From the human T2T-CHM13v2.0 reference genome, Homo sapiens: 64,000 nt of DNA. The stretch lies in assembly GCF_009914755.1 (NCBI RefSeq), contig NC_060935.1; one strand, written 5' to 3'. The notes beneath the pieces were generated by a model that did no database searches, was not told the DNA's origin, and worked only from the letters and a program-made list of their open reading frames with translations. Of the stretch, positions 1 to 27,484 are shown piece after piece. The position numbers and the translations under genes were made by a program. Position 1 is the stretch's first letter, and each line of letters starts with the position of its first letter.

Positions 1-205
1 AAAAATTGTTTTTAATACTCTGTGGAGTCAGTTTATAGTTTGCAAATATAAGAAGCTTTGTCAAAATTGTTCTATATAAGTGCTCAAACAATAATTTCCA
101 CAATTACAAAAGTAAAAATAATTTCCACAGCTTAACATGAGATGTAATTGTGCAGGTCTTTAATTAGTATGAACACTCATCAGGCTTCACTATTCTGTTT
201 TCTAG

Positions 206-349
206 GCCTGTTACATGAACAGAATATGGCAAAAATGAGACTACTTACTTTTATGGGAATGGCAGTAGAAAATAAGGAAATTTCTTTTGACACAATGCAG
301 CAAGAACTTCAGATTGGAGCTGATGATGTTGAAGCATTTGTTATTGACG
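206..349 (+). CDS. EIF3M: EIF3M antepenultimate coding exon (PCI-domain region)
   Basis: Acceptor ttttctag|GC at 205/206 and donor GACG|gtaagg at 349/350. Translates (G)[47 protein letters not shown], which I recognise as eIF3m. Confidence 0.96.
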
Positions 350-579
350 GTAAGGCAGACAGAACATTTTCATTTATTTCTAGAATTTCTCATCTACTAC
401 ATGGATCATAGTAAGATTTTTATCTGGAAACTGAGCCTTACACAACAAAGATTTGTTTATAGCAGATGTGTATTTAGTAGATTAGTGGATATATTTGTTG
501 TAGGGTGAAAATTTAGTAGAAATATAAACTGCTATATTCTATCCCTTGAAATCACGTAGAACAAAGACGTTTAGGCAAT

Positions 580-757
580 ACACCACTGTGGTTAAGAGCA
601 CAGATTTTAGTATTAGATGTGGATTTAAGACCAGGCCCTTCCTTTGTGAAACAGGAATGTAGGGGTTCATTTGTGGTTGTAAGAATTAAATGAATTAATA
701 CAGGTAAAGCACAGTGCCTGGCACATAGTAAGTGATCTTTCAAGTGTTAACCATTAC
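580..757 (+). mobile_element. MIR SINE relic
   Basis: gtggttaagagcac ... attaaatga ... cagtgcctggcacatagtaagtg, matching MIR core and 3' motifs. Confidence 0.75.
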
Positions 758-1273
758 CAGTTTTTTTATGATTAGCCTAGAAACAAGAACTTCTTCCCCA
801 ACAATTAGATTATAAAGCAACTTAACTGCTCAGGAATTTTTTCTGAGCTTTTTAAATTTGAAAGTTGGGATTATGCAATTAAGATTAATAAAAGGTACAG
901 AACTATTGACCTTTTTTCCCCTAATGCTCTAAGTTTTCTATGAAGAAGTAATAACTTAGTAGGAAATTAGTTTATTCCCCTATATGAGATGGTAGGGGAA
1001 GAACACCTAGCATTCTTTTAAAAAAAAAAAAAAAACAGCAAAAAACTGTATGCAGTATTTATTTAATATAGATTGTCCCAGCAGCCATAGGACAAATGCA
1101 TGACCTTTCTTTTGGTTGCCCCATACTGTTTTGCTTATTAGATTTAAACAGTGTATAATGTTGGAAAACAGTATAAAGTTTTATTATGGCTTACTTGGTC
1201 ACAGTTTTCATACCTTAGCTATTTTTCTTGGAAATTTTCCATATAACATACGATATAAAACATCTTTTTTCAG

Positions 1274-1334
1274 CCGTAAGAACTAAAATGGTCTACTGCA
1301 AAATTGATCAGACCCAGAGAAAAGTAGTTGTCAG
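1274..1334 (+). CDS. EIF3M: EIF3M penultimate coding exon
   Basis: tttttttcag|CC ... GTCAG|gtaaga. Reads (A)VRTKMVYCKIDQTQRKVVV(S), in phase with both flanking exons. Confidence 0.96.
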
Positions 1335-1756
1335 GTAAGATATTTAATGCTTTGCAGCATTTTATAGAACGATTTAGTTTGTTCCGATTATTTCACTTAA
1401 ATGTTTAGAGAACCAAGGTGGTGTTATCACTTGACTGTAGTTAAATAGTTGCTATTTATCATAATTTTATTAAAGTTCAGACTGAATGTGATTAGCTTAT
1501 TTAATGAAAGAGTCCTATTTTCCAGCACATTTCATTTAATGGCTGAGCATTGGCTAGAATACTAATGACTTTTATGTCTGCTTTATATAGTTGCTCAGGA
1601 GAATTAGAAGGCTTAGGATCAATATGGTAAAGATTTTTTTTAAATAATTATGTAATTCTTAAATTCTCTTACTATTCTAAATTAGGTATATTTAATCTTG
1701 CTTTTAACTGGATTCAAATCTGTAGTATTATAAAAGAATACCAGAGGCTAAAAGGT

Positions 1757-1764
1757 TGACTAAC
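1757..1764 (+). promoter_or_regulatory. Branch point of the last EIF3M intron
   Basis: TGACTAAC, near-perfect branch consensus, about 27 nt upstream of the acceptor AG (1789-1790). Confidence 0.7.
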
Positions 1765-1790
1765 ACTGTGTTTAATTTTTCAATTTTTAG

Positions 1791-1911
1791 TCATAGCACA
1801 CATCGGACATTTGGAAAACAGCAGTGGCAACAACTGTATGACACACTTAATGCCTGGAAACAAAATCTGAACAAAGTGAAAAACAGCCTTTTGAGTCTTT
1901 CTGATACCTGA
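1791..1911 (+). CDS. EIF3M: EIF3M last coding exon to stop
   Basis: caatttttag|T; reads (S)HSTHRTFGKQQWQQLYDTLNAWKQNLNKVKNSLLSLSDT, then TGA at 1909-1911. Confidence 0.96.
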
Positions 1912-2053
1912 GTTTTTATGCTTATAATTTTTGTTCTTTGAAAAAAAAGCCCTAAATCATAGTAAAACATTATAAACTAAAAAAATTTGCCTAGTCTGGA
2001 CAGTTATTGTCTCAAATTTATACTAAAATCACAAACTCCAGAGGATATGAAGT

Positions 2054-2059
2054 AATAAA
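2054..2059 (+). terminator. Candidate proximal EIF3M polyadenylation signal
   Basis: First AATAAA after the EIF3M stop. AGTAAA (1961) and TATAAA (1971) variants lie upstream. Confidence 0.55.
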
Positions 2060-2254
2060 TTACAAGGGGTCACAATGTCTGTCATACAATACATAAATTC
2101 TGTTCTTTAAAAAAGGATATTGAAGAAGCAATGAGCACTTTAAAGAAAGGATAATATACAGAGAGAAGACAGAAGTAGAGTAATACAATTTCTTCACATT
2201 AGAAAAACTTGGAAAAGCAAAGACAAACTGTAGAGCTTTAAATACAACAGTCAT

Positions 2255-2260
2255 TTTATT
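2255..2260 (-). terminator. Candidate proximal CCDC73 polyadenylation signal
   Basis: tttatt on + is AATAAA on -, about 63 nt after the CCDC73 stop. Confidence 0.45.
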
Positions 2261-2322
2261 CTAGTAAAAACTATACCAGAATTTCAGTTACATAATTTCA
2301 CTACTGAAAGCACTTATCTACA

Positions 2323-2607
<285 letters not shown>

Positions 2608-3304
2608 TTATGAGTATGTGGTAAAACCACCATCTCTTGGCTGATTTCCACTACCTTAGTAGTTCTGGCACCAGAAAAGTATACAATGTGAATGTGTAGG
2701 CTTATGTAGTAGATCTTCAAAATCTCTAATATATAACTGAAGTAAAGTGTACAAAAACTGCCTTTTACTACTTCATGTTTCCTCCCATGCTTCAGAACAC
2801 CATTGTTGAAGAAACAGGAAGGGCAGTGAGATATTTGGAAGTTGGCATGTTTTCAAGACACTGTATTGGGTAATTTTAAAAATAGCGTGTTAAATAACTT
2901 TTTCATTTTAAGGTTCTTTTCTGATGTTAAAATACTTACTGGAAATTTAGAAAATAGAGTAAAGTAGAAAGAAACTAAAAATCATTAGTAATCCCTTATC
3001 CAGAGAGGCTTGTTGACATTTTGGTATTATTTGCTGCTAGCGTTTTTTTCTATTTTTAGCCTATTTGATCATTCTATAGAATTTTATGTATTTTCCTCTG
3101 TGAGCAGTTTCTTAGGTCATTAAAAACAATTGTCTATGGCTGCAAAATACTCCCTTTTATGGATGTTTGATATATCTCCTACTACTGAATGTTTGTTTCC
3201 AGTTTATCCCTACCAAAAATTAATTCGAGTTAATTTCATGCAAAACAATCTTTGATGTTTTTGAGAGATTCCCAGATAAAATTTTCTCTTCAAAAGGAAT
3301 ACTG

Positions 3305-3600
3305 GGCCAGGCACTGTGACTCATACCTGTAATCCCAGCACTTTGGGAAACTGAGGCGAGTGGATTGCATGAGCTCAGGAGTCGAAAACTAGCCTGAGCA
3401 ACATGGCAAAACCCCATCTCTACCAAAAATTAGCTGGGCATGGTGGCATGCAACTGTAGTCCCAGCTCCTCGGAAGGCTGAGGTGCAAGGATCATTTGAG
3501 CCCAGGAGGTGAAGGTTGCAATGAGCCAAGATCATGCCATTGCACTCCAGCCTGGACAACAGAGTGAGACCCTCTCTCAAAAATAAATAATAGATAAAAC
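3305..3600 (+). mobile_element. AluJ
   Basis: Dimeric Alu with TSD aaaaggaatactg on both sides. Confidence 0.9.
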
Positions 3601-3647
3601 AAAAGGAATACTGAATTGTTTTCAAAATAACAATTATGGTGGGCTTT

Positions 3648-3910
3648 CTTTTAAGATAGGGTCTCACCCTGTCACCTAGGCTGGAGTGCAGTGGCACAAT
3701 CACAGCTCATTGCAGCCTTGACCTCCCTGGATTCAGGTGATCCTCCCACCTTCACCTCCTGAGTACCTTGGACTACAGGCATGTGCCACCACACCCAGGT
3801 AATTTTTGTATTTTTTGCCATGTTGCCCAGGCTGGTCTCTCTTAACTCTTGGGCTCAAGTGATCTGACCATCTCGGTCTCCCAAAGTTCTAGGATTACAG
3901 GAGTGAGCCA
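3648..3910 (-). mobile_element. AluJ, inverted relative to its neighbour
   Basis: Reverse-complement Alu about 50 bp from the + Alu. Confidence 0.88.
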
Positions 3911-4217
3911 TACTGTGTTGTGTTTTAGTTGAAAGGGATATACACGTGTATTTTAGAAATATGAAACAGGATAAGAATTACATTAAAATCACCCAAGATC
4001 CCAACCACCATTAAAGAGTTTGTGTAAATCTTCTGGTCTCTTTTCTGTATACACTTTTTAAATACTGGGGTCATATTTTTATTGGTTTATATGCTATGTT
4101 AAACATTTTTAGCATTTCCTCCTGTTCTTAAGTCTGTTAAGAGGATAGCTCCATCATATTCTGTGTTCTGCAAATTATTTCTGGACATTTAAATTGTAAG
4201 AAAATGGTCACTGTTAA

Positions 4218-4663
<446 letters not shown>

Positions 4664-5797
4664 TAGTAATACTTTTTTTTTTTTTTTTTTTTAATGAACT
4701 TAAATGTTTAGAATGGTAAGTTCACGGCTCCCTAAGGAGTGTTCCTTTTGGATTGCTCTGTTTGGCTCCCTCCCTGAAATCCTATAGTCAGCCACTGGTC
4801 CCCTCAGAGAGTTTTACCTCTGATCTTTGGGGTGATTCTTTGTTCATATTTATCTGATTGGCTTTGTTCTTCCAAAAGTGTCTGCACAGGACTGCTAAGA
4901 GAACCTAGGCAAGTCATTTAATTTTTCTGGGCTTCAGTTTACTCATTAGCTTCTTTTAGTTCCCAGATGCTATTACTGGAAAGAATAACTAGTAATGGAT
5001 AAAAACCTACATAAATATTTCCTATTTTGCCATCAAAGTGCTGGGTTCATTTTGGTGTATTTGGCATCCAAGTACAAATTAACAGTTTCCCAAAATCCTG
5101 ATTCTTTGACTTTTTTATCTTGATGATGGAAAGGAAGGACACGTTTACTTGCTTTAGTTTCTTTCCCCTTAACTACCCACTTGCTGAGAGGGGTAGGAGC
5201 AGGGATTGGCTTTAGAGAAACAAGATACAGTGTAGATTAGCTAATGTTTGCGCTTAACAAAACTTGTCCTGTTTAACTTACCTGAGGGTTCTGCAGCCTA
5301 CCGCAGTAATTTTAGTTCAGCTGTTTTCAGATATATTGCCTTGTATCTTCGTTCTTTCGTCTCCTATCCTTTTTAGAAATTTATCACCTGTTTCTCTTTC
5401 AGCCTGACTTACAAAATCTAATTTTTGGCCTAAAAATTTCCCCTAGCTTGGTACTAGTCCTTTTATTTCTGCCTGTGATTATATTTTAAAATTAAACTTA
5501 AATGAATCTAATTCATTGGATATAAAAAAAAAAAGTAAGTGGCTTGCTTTGCTTACTCTGGTTTTCCATCCTCATTCCTGGATATAATCAAGATTGCAGT
5601 AGGCTAACAATCTTATGCTGAAAACAAGAATGAAAAACATACCATCTTTTCAAGTTACTTTGGACCCATAGAGAGAAAGTGGATTGGTACTTAATACCTT
5701 CCCTGAATTTAACAGAATTGATGTGGACTGTACATAAAATATGTTGAAAAATAAAACTATTTTTTTGGCTATAAGTCTTCATAAAATTCATTTATAA

Positions 5798-5955
5798 CAG
5801 AGGTTGATAAACTTTTTCCAAAAAGTGCCAGAGTAAATATTTTCAGCTTTGTGGGCCAAATGGCCTCTTACAACTGCTCAATTCTCAGTGCCATGCCAAA
5901 ACAGCCTTTACAATATGCAAAGGAATGGGTGTGACTGTGGTCTATTAAATTTATA
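5798..5955 (+). mobile_element. MER58A-like hAT-Charlie element
   Basis: cagaggttgataaactttttcc...gtaaatattttcagctttgtgggcca...aatgggtgtgactgtg resembles MER58. Confidence 0.7.
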
Positions 5956-6315
5956 AGGAGATCTACTTTTGAATTTGCCCCACATTACATAATTTGCAAT
6001 CAAGCTTTAAGCTGGGACAATGAAGCTTACCATAGTACTTGGCACATAGTAATAAGCACTTAGAAAATGTCTATTCAGCCAGTGAATTGAGTTTGTTTTA
6101 TATGCATCAATCTTTCAGAAGAAACATTTTTTCTATTGTGAAAGTTAAGAAAGTATAATATAGCATTTGACTAAGAGCCACAATATCTAGCCTAGGTCCA
6201 CCACATATTGTGTCTTAATGACCCTGGAAAGTTATTTCACATTTATGTCACTGTTTCATCTGTAAAAAAAATTACCTTGCCAATGAAAAAGTTAAAAATT
6301 CTATAAAAATAAATT

Positions 6316-6890
<575 letters not shown>

Positions 6891-7264
6891 CAAAAATAAA
6901 TTCTTAAAAGCAACATTAGTTGCAGATAGAACATTAGGAATTAGACAAAAAGAACTCCCCTATTAGATTAATTATAAAAATGGGCTTTCAAGTGAGATGT
7001 GAAATTTCCACTGTTTGAAAGTAGAACAGCTATCTTATAAGGGTTAAGGATTCACCCTAATTAGAAATGGATGTTTAGCTTTGATGCCCTCAAGCTTCAT
7101 GTTTGTTTTGATTCTATGACTTACCCAATTGGGCAAGGTTAAAACTTAGATTTTCCAATGCCAGAGTTACTGCCCTTTAGTCACCATATTTTAATGATAC
7201 ACACATACACCAAGTGGAAACTATACTGTTGCTTATGAGCTCAATTAGGAAAGAGTGAAAAGGG

Positions 7265-9821
<2,557 letters not shown>

Positions 9822-10594
9822 AGGATAGTTCCTGATTTTTGTCTCAACTCTCCCAGAAGAGTTATACTATCTCACTTGAGGTTTCTCCTATTTAGAAAGG
9901 AAAATAAAATACATTGTTAAAAGCTGTTATTTGTTAAGGATGTGTTAGTACTATAATATTCATTTTGTATGTGCTAAAGAGAAAGTTGTTTAATAGTTTG
10001 AACACTACAACCTTTTTCTTCCTTAAAGTTCTATACACTATGATATAAAACTTACACATTTAACCAGATAACCTTCCTGCTATAGTTAGTTGCTTTCTAT
10101 ATGACAAATAGACTCCTGGAAGCCATATAATTTCTACAAATACTTTAATACATATATCCATACAGTATCACATGGATACTTGATCCTTTCACACGTGTTC
10201 TAATTGAAATAGTTTTAAATTCTTTCCATCTCAGTTTCCAAAAATAATGTGAATTTACTTAAGGATTATTAAAAACAATTGGACTTGATTAGCTTACTTT
10301 TAGACATAACCTTTTATTAACATAAAATTTTAAATGCTCAAATACCACTATTTCCAAATTTAGATGAGTAAGAAATAGAAGTACATATCCGATGCCTCAC
10401 ACTCTCCTTCCCCAAACAGGCTGGATTGTATCTATTTGATTTATACACTGTGACTTTTTCCTGCTGTTTTCTATCAACCTTAATTGTGAAAAATGGTGCC
10501 ATGTTGCCCTCTTGATATTATTTTGGAGATCAGTTAGGTCTTAAAGCATCCAGATGCGTACAGTTCTACACATATCTGTAGAATTAGCTCACTA

Positions 10595-10801
<207 letters not shown>

Positions 10802-11964
10802 CTAGGTACTCATTTTAGTGACTGAACTTGTTTCTGATCCTATGCTTTTGTATTTAAAAAGCAACAAATTTCTATTTTAATGTTGAATATTTTGCAGTTG
10901 TCCTAGACTTTGCTCTTAAATTAGGCATTTCATTTCTGAAAACAAACAAGATTTTATTATTGCTACTTTCTAAAACCTGATTACTGTAATTCCACATTAA
11001 AAGCAGTGAAAGAAATGGTATAAATACCTTCTAAAACAAAATAACTCATAAAATGTTATCATTATTCCCCTGGTTACTGTATTTCCCACACGTGTAAGCA
11101 TTTGTATAGTGAACATTTTACCAACTCAGATTAATGGAAAAAGTCAGAACCAACTACATACCAGATTTATAAACTATTTAAAGAAATTGGCCACAGTGAG
11201 AAGTCCAACAAAGGGCTGTTTAGAAGGGGTCACATTGGGCTTTAATAAATTGATAGAAATGAGTTAGAGAAGTATGTAAATTATGAAGGTTAAAAGATAC
11301 TGATGGCATATTTAAGAGTATTTTACAAGTTGAATTTCTACAGAATTTTAGATATCACCCTTTGTATCTTATATATCACTGAAATTTAATTACAAGAAAG
11401 GACTTCAAAAAAAATGGTAGATTTTTAGACCAGCACCTAAAGCAATACCTAATTAAAAGTTAATGGAATCTTAAGTAATATATTTTGTGACCTTGAAAAA
11501 TTGCAGTTTGGGAAATGAGGTTATACAGTGTTTTGGTTATTTGATTTTCGCCTACATTATTTCCCATTGGTAGTAGTAAACAAGATATGTTTTTGTTTTT
11601 AATCACCAAATAGTCTCTTTAAATTTTTCTCAATTTCCTTTTTAAAAGAAGCCTGTTAAATCTGAGGGCCATATAAAAGCTATCCTTGGAATCTGCATCT
11701 TTTTAAGGTGTCTAAGTGCACAATGTTAAACCCACAAAGTTCCCTTAAAATATAAGAATGCCTTTAACAACCTTAGCAACTTTTGACTATGAGATTGCTA
11801 TTAAAAGAAAACATGCTGTCCCAAAAATAAAAACAATTAAAAAACCATTTTCCTCATGATCATACTTCTTAAATACTGCTTTTTATTTTCAATTTATATT
11901 TATACAGCACCAATTCATGATAATCTAGTATGTTTTTATTTTTAAATACTGTGAAAAATTTTCA

Positions 11965-12272
11965 GGCCGGGTGTGGTGGCTCCCAGCAATTTGGGAAGCT
12001 GAGGCAGGAGGATCACTTGAGCCCAGAAGTTCAACACCAGCCTCGGCAACAAAGTGAGACCTGTCTCTACAAAAAATTTTAAAACTTAGCTGGGTGCAGT
12101 GACATGTCTGTACTCCCAGCTGCTCAGGAGGCTGAGGTGGGAGGATTCCTTCAGCCTGGGAGGTTAAAGTTGCAGTGAGCTATGATCACACCACTGCACT
12201 CCAGGCTGGGTGACAGAGCAAGACTCTATCTCAAAAAAATAATAAATAAATAAAGCAAAAAACAAAACAAAA
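11965..12272 (+). mobile_element. AluJ
   Basis: Dimeric Alu with A-rich tail. Confidence 0.88.
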
Positions 12273-12903
12273 ACATAGACAGCCATGTACTTCGATACCC
12301 ATCAATATTAAGTCATATGTATTTCATCCATTTACCTCTCCCCCCATTTTTTCTGGAGTATTTTAAAATAAAACTTGGACATTATGCCATTTCATATGGC
12401 AGTTTTTAAGACAGAACAATCTCTCTATTCTCTTTAACATCTGAATGCATGAATATATGTTAAGGGATTCAATTTAAAGTGTTTTCAACTGACAAATACT
12501 GGTCATAGGAAATATATTAATGTTATGCCTCATTATTACTTATAAAACAGAAGGAAGAGCCGGATTTCTGGTGTGGGTGAAGGGACAGATAAAAATAGAA
12601 AAATTAAGGAAAGGGAGAGAAAATTGGGCAAAGAAAGACAACATAGGAGAGAAACTAAAATGTTCTAAGGGAAGGAAGTTTTTAAGGATGAATGAAGAGC
12701 ATATAGAAAGAAGAGCAATAAATATTCACACTTGGCAGAAGCCTTAACTACTTCACTGTATTTGCTCTAAAAGTTAAAAACAAAAGAATATTAAGTTGTT
12801 CCTAATTTAAAATAAGACGAACTTTTAAAACAAAATTTACAAAATATGACTGTACACATTTATCAAGAATAAGTAGAAAAATATTTTGAGAATTAAAACA
12901 TTA

Positions 12904-14490
<1,587 letters not shown>

Positions 14491-15331
14491 TCATAAGACA
14501 TATTTATCACCTATTTTTATAAAAACATATTTAACCTTAAATATTTTATGGGTCAATAATTATACAAACTTAATGACATCAATATTACCTAAATACTGGG
14601 TTCCCTTTATTGTATCAAATATATCTTTAGCATGCTAAATATTTGGCTTTACCCATATTAAACTTTAATTTCATAATAGCAAAGTATTTTTGGTTTTGTA
14701 AACGGAAAGTAAGTTGAGGTATTAAAAAATGGTTTATTTTTCTAGTCTATTTGCTTCATTTAGGACACTTAGTACAATTCCACATAAATACATAGCTGAT
14801 AAAAATTAATTTATCCTAACAGATTATGCTGTAATTTCTATTACTACCTAGATCCAGCAGTATCTAGAAATTGCTAGCTGGCTTCTTCAGGACTGACAAT
14901 CATCACTTTTATTCATTACCCAGTGAATATTTTTAAATTCTTGAATAGTTTTGGACAAGTATATAGAATATCTACTTAATCAAGACATTAATTTTATTCA
15001 TCTATATTCTAACAAAGATTTCAACTTTTTAGTATAGTTAACCTAGAATATAAATTTCAGGTTTTTGAAGGACTTTTTAGAAGTCCAGTCATTCTCTCTA
15101 CAACATCTCCACCAAGTGGTTGTTCAGCCTGGGTTTGAACACCTCCAATCAGTATCAGCTTTAAACAACACTTTTTCAAGATGGAAGAATTAATAAATTA
15201 TTCCAATGGTTACAGAAAGGTTATCTGAATTAAGAAAAATGCCCTAGGTCTGGTCATCAGAAGGTTACTGGTGACTCCAAGAACATTCTCAGCAAAACAG
15301 TGAAGGCAGAAACCAGAATCCAAAAAGACTA

Positions 15332-15625
<294 letters not shown>

Positions 15626-15971
15626 CTAGTGTAAAATGGAAGAGATTCTTTTAAAAACATTGCCTACAAGTATAAAACATTTGAGCAAATGTGATAAATG
15701 TGGAATCTGTGTTTCAGTTCAACCATTCAGCAATTTCTATTTGAAAGTCAAATGATTTTTTAGTAAGTTTAATATACCATACTCTTTATAACGATATCAC
15801 TTTACATTCATTTTATATAGTCTATCATATTTAAGCAAAATGGAGATCTTTATACATTTTCAAACATGCATACCACATTATTATATAATACCACATTATA
15901 TGTAATAGAAGAACCACCCCATTACTAAAAACAAGATAGACATGGCAGGCAAATTGTTTTGAGCAGTAGTT

Positions 15972-16140
15972 TATTTTTTTAAGAGATGAGTTCTTGCTAT
16001 GTTGCCCAGGCTGGAGTGCAGTGGCTATTCACAGGTGCGATCATAGTGCACGACAAGCCTCAAAATTCTGGGCCCACACTATCCTCCTGCCTCAGCCTCC
16101 TAAGTAACTGGGACTACAGGTGCTCACCACCATGCCAGGT
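15972..16140 (-). mobile_element. FAM / 7SL-like fossil Alu monomer
   Basis: Monomer containing ggctattcacaggtgcgatc, the 7SL/FAM-specific segment. Confidence 0.75.
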
Positions 16141-16199
16141 GAAGCAGTATTTTTATGTATCCTTAAAACAGTGAATCAGTCCAACATGCTTTTTCTTCC

Positions 16200-17345
16200 C
16201 CTATATATTGAGCACATGTTACATGTGAAGCACTGTACTAGGCTTTGGGATACAATGATGAACAAAATACAGTCCCTGTCCTCAAAAAACTTACAGTCTG
16301 GTATGAAGATAAGAAAATAAGTAACAGGCAACTTTAATAGGATGTGGTAAGTGCTCTGATATGGATAAATGCAGGTTACTATGGGCACATGCAGGAATAG
16401 TCCTGTCCCTGCTTTTGGGAGTCAAGGAAGGTTTCTTGGAGAAGGTGTTAGCTAAACATACGTGAAGTATGATATGGAGTCATAGATGGGGATAAGGAGG
16501 CACTCCAGAAAGAATAAATGGCATATAGCGATACTTAAGAGCAAGCAAGATTAAGAGTATATTTATGGAACTATGAGTGATTTCGTTTGGCTAGAGCTTA
16601 CATGTAGGGAGAAGAATGAAGATAAATGAGGCTTGAGGTAAGCTGGGCCGAGGTCATTAAGGGCCTAACATTGGCATGTTAAGGAGTTTCAACTCTACCA
16701 GGAAGACACTGAGAAGTCACTGAAGGGTTTTAAACAAGGAATGAATAATGTGATCTGACTGGAAAGACCATTTTGGCTACAGTACAAAAAAAATGGACTA
16801 ACATTTTTGAAACTTCATTGATGGAAACCAGCAATGAGAAATATGTTTTATAACTCAATAGGCACATCAAACAGTACCTACTATTATACACTCTAATGTT
16901 TTCTATGCTATTTCATTTCATTTTAAAAAGAATTCTGGTCACAACCCACCAAACTAATTTCCATGAACCACTGATAAGTTGCACCTAGAAGTCTGAAAAA
17001 CACTAAATTAAAGGGAGAGAACACACGGGGCAGAGTGATACATCAGGAGAGTGCTGCAGCAGTCCAGGTGATATCAGTAAAGATGAAGAGCTGTGAACCC
17101 ATTGGTGATGTATGGAACTAAAGTTAATTGGACTTGGTCAACGATTGGATGTGAAGGCTGAGGGAGAAGGTGAGTCAAGATTGACTTCCGTAGTTCAGAT
17201 TAGGTAAGTAGATGACTGGTGGATGTCATTCCTTGAGCGAGAAAACAGGAGTAGTAGTAGATTTGGACGAAAATATCATGAGTTCAGTTTGAACTTACTG
17301 AGTATGAAGAGTTAGTAATACATTAAAGTGGCAATATCTAATGAA
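16200..17345 (-). mobile_element. L2 relic, with a probable hAT insert at about 16800-17005
   Basis: attgagcac...gcactgtactaggc...cagtccctgtcctcaa, matching the L2 3' end and body. Confidence 0.7.
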
Positions 17346-17370
17346 CCTGTATTTATTTATTACTTTTGTC

Positions 17371-18786
<1,416 letters not shown>

Positions 18787-18884
18787 GCACATTTAGATGT
18801 ATGGGAAAATTGGCCTAATAAATGCTATAAATGTAGATTTGAAAATCATCGGCAGATAGATGACAACCAAAAATATACAAGTTG

Positions 18885-19410
18885 GACTGGGTGAAATGGC
18901 TCATGCCTGTAATCCCAGTGTTTTGGGAGGCTGAGATGAGAGGACTACTTGAGGCCAGGAGTTTGAGACCAGCTTAGGCCACATAACAAGACCCCATCTC
19001 TATGAAATATTTTTAAAAATTAGCTGGGTGCGGTGGCACACACCTGTAGTCCTAACTACTTGGGAAGCGGGGGCAGGAGGAGTGGTTAAGCTCAGGAGTT
19101 TGAGGCTGCAGTGAGCTATGATTGTGCCACTGCACTCCAGCCTGGGTGACAGAGGGAGACCCTGTTGAAGAAAGAAGGAGAAGGAATAAGAAAGGAGGAG
19201 AATGAGGAAGAGGAGGAGAAGGAGGAGATGAAGAAGGAGCAGAAGGAGGAGGAGGAGATGAAGAAGGAGCAGAAGAAGCAGAAGAAGCAGGAGGAAAAGG
19301 AGGAGGTGAAGAAGGAGAAGGAGAAGAAGAATGAGGAAGAGGAGGAAAAGTAGAAGGGAAGGAGAAGGAGGAGGGGGAGGGGAAGGGAGGGAGGGGAAGG
19401 GGAGGAGAAG
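18885..19410 (+). mobile_element. AluJ with a tail expanded into a GAA/GGA purine tract (19167-19410)
   Basis: Alu body followed by about 240 nt that is almost purely purine. Confidence 0.88.
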
Positions 19411-19534
19411 AAATACACTGCTTACAGAGAGTGTATTTTGAGAGGAAAAGAAAATAAAGGATAAAATGCCGAAGAAAATCTCCAAGGGAGAGGCAAAGAG
19501 AGAGAAAATTGTAAAACAGATTGAGAGAAACAGT

Positions 19535-20280
<746 letters not shown>

Positions 20281-20334
20281 ATATTTAAACTTTGTGAGGC
20301 TGTTTTGTCATCTATAACAAAAATGCCATAAAGA

Positions 20335-22185
<1,851 letters not shown>

Positions 22186-22451
22186 AAAGAATGAACCTCT
22201 AGGACACAGCTCACTTGGGCGGGGTGGGGGGGAATGGTGTAAAGATTAAATTATATATATAATACACACAGTGCATAGGTGCTCAATTAATGGTATAACT
22301 ATTATAATAGTTATTATTCTTACCACCATAAAAAAAGTGGCCTGAGAGGTAAAGAAAAAAAATCAGATGAACGAAATATAATAGAAGAAAAGGAAAAGAT
22401 AACTCAAGCAAGAAATAGTATCAAATGCTTCAAAGGGACTGAAAAGTGTAA

Positions 22452-23177
<726 letters not shown>

Positions 23178-23556
23178 TGAATGGGAAGTAAGAAAGCAAA
23201 AAGTATGAGTTTAAACCAATCTTTCAAGAAACTTGGCTCTACAAAGAAGACTTTACTTAGGGTATTTGGAAATGGGTGTGAGATCAAAAAGTTTTTTTGT
23301 TATTTGTTTGCTTTTTAAAATGGGAGGGGCTTAAGCATGTTTAATTGCAAATGGGAATATATAAACTAAAACAAAAGGAATATAACTGATAAACATATAA
23401 AATATGTTTAATAAAACAAAAATGCAAAGTACAGCTGACAAAGTATTAAGAAGGCTAGAGAAGACAGGTACTCATACATGGCTGGTAGGACTATAAACTG
23501 GTACAACATTTCCGGAAAGCAATCTGACAATATGTGTCAAAAATTATAAGTGAGAG

Positions 23557-23870
<314 letters not shown>

Positions 23871-24119
23871 TATAAGTGAGAAAGCTCTTTGACCCAGCAA
23901 TACCATTTCTTGAAGTTTATCCTAAAGAAATAGTCACAAACATACACAAAGATATTTGTACAAGGATGCCCAATAGGGAAGTGGACAGATTAATTATGGC
24001 ACGTCCTAGTCACACAATGGAAATTGTGATGTAGATCTATTTTTACGGACTTAGAAAGATATCCACTATTTAGTAAAATTTTTTAGCAGTTCCTCAAAAA
24101 GTTAAATATAGAATTACCA

Positions 24120-27484
<3,365 letters not shown>

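Noticed and set aside
148-411. 87-aa ORF as a small protein
   Set aside because: It is an EIF3M exon plus intronic read-through.
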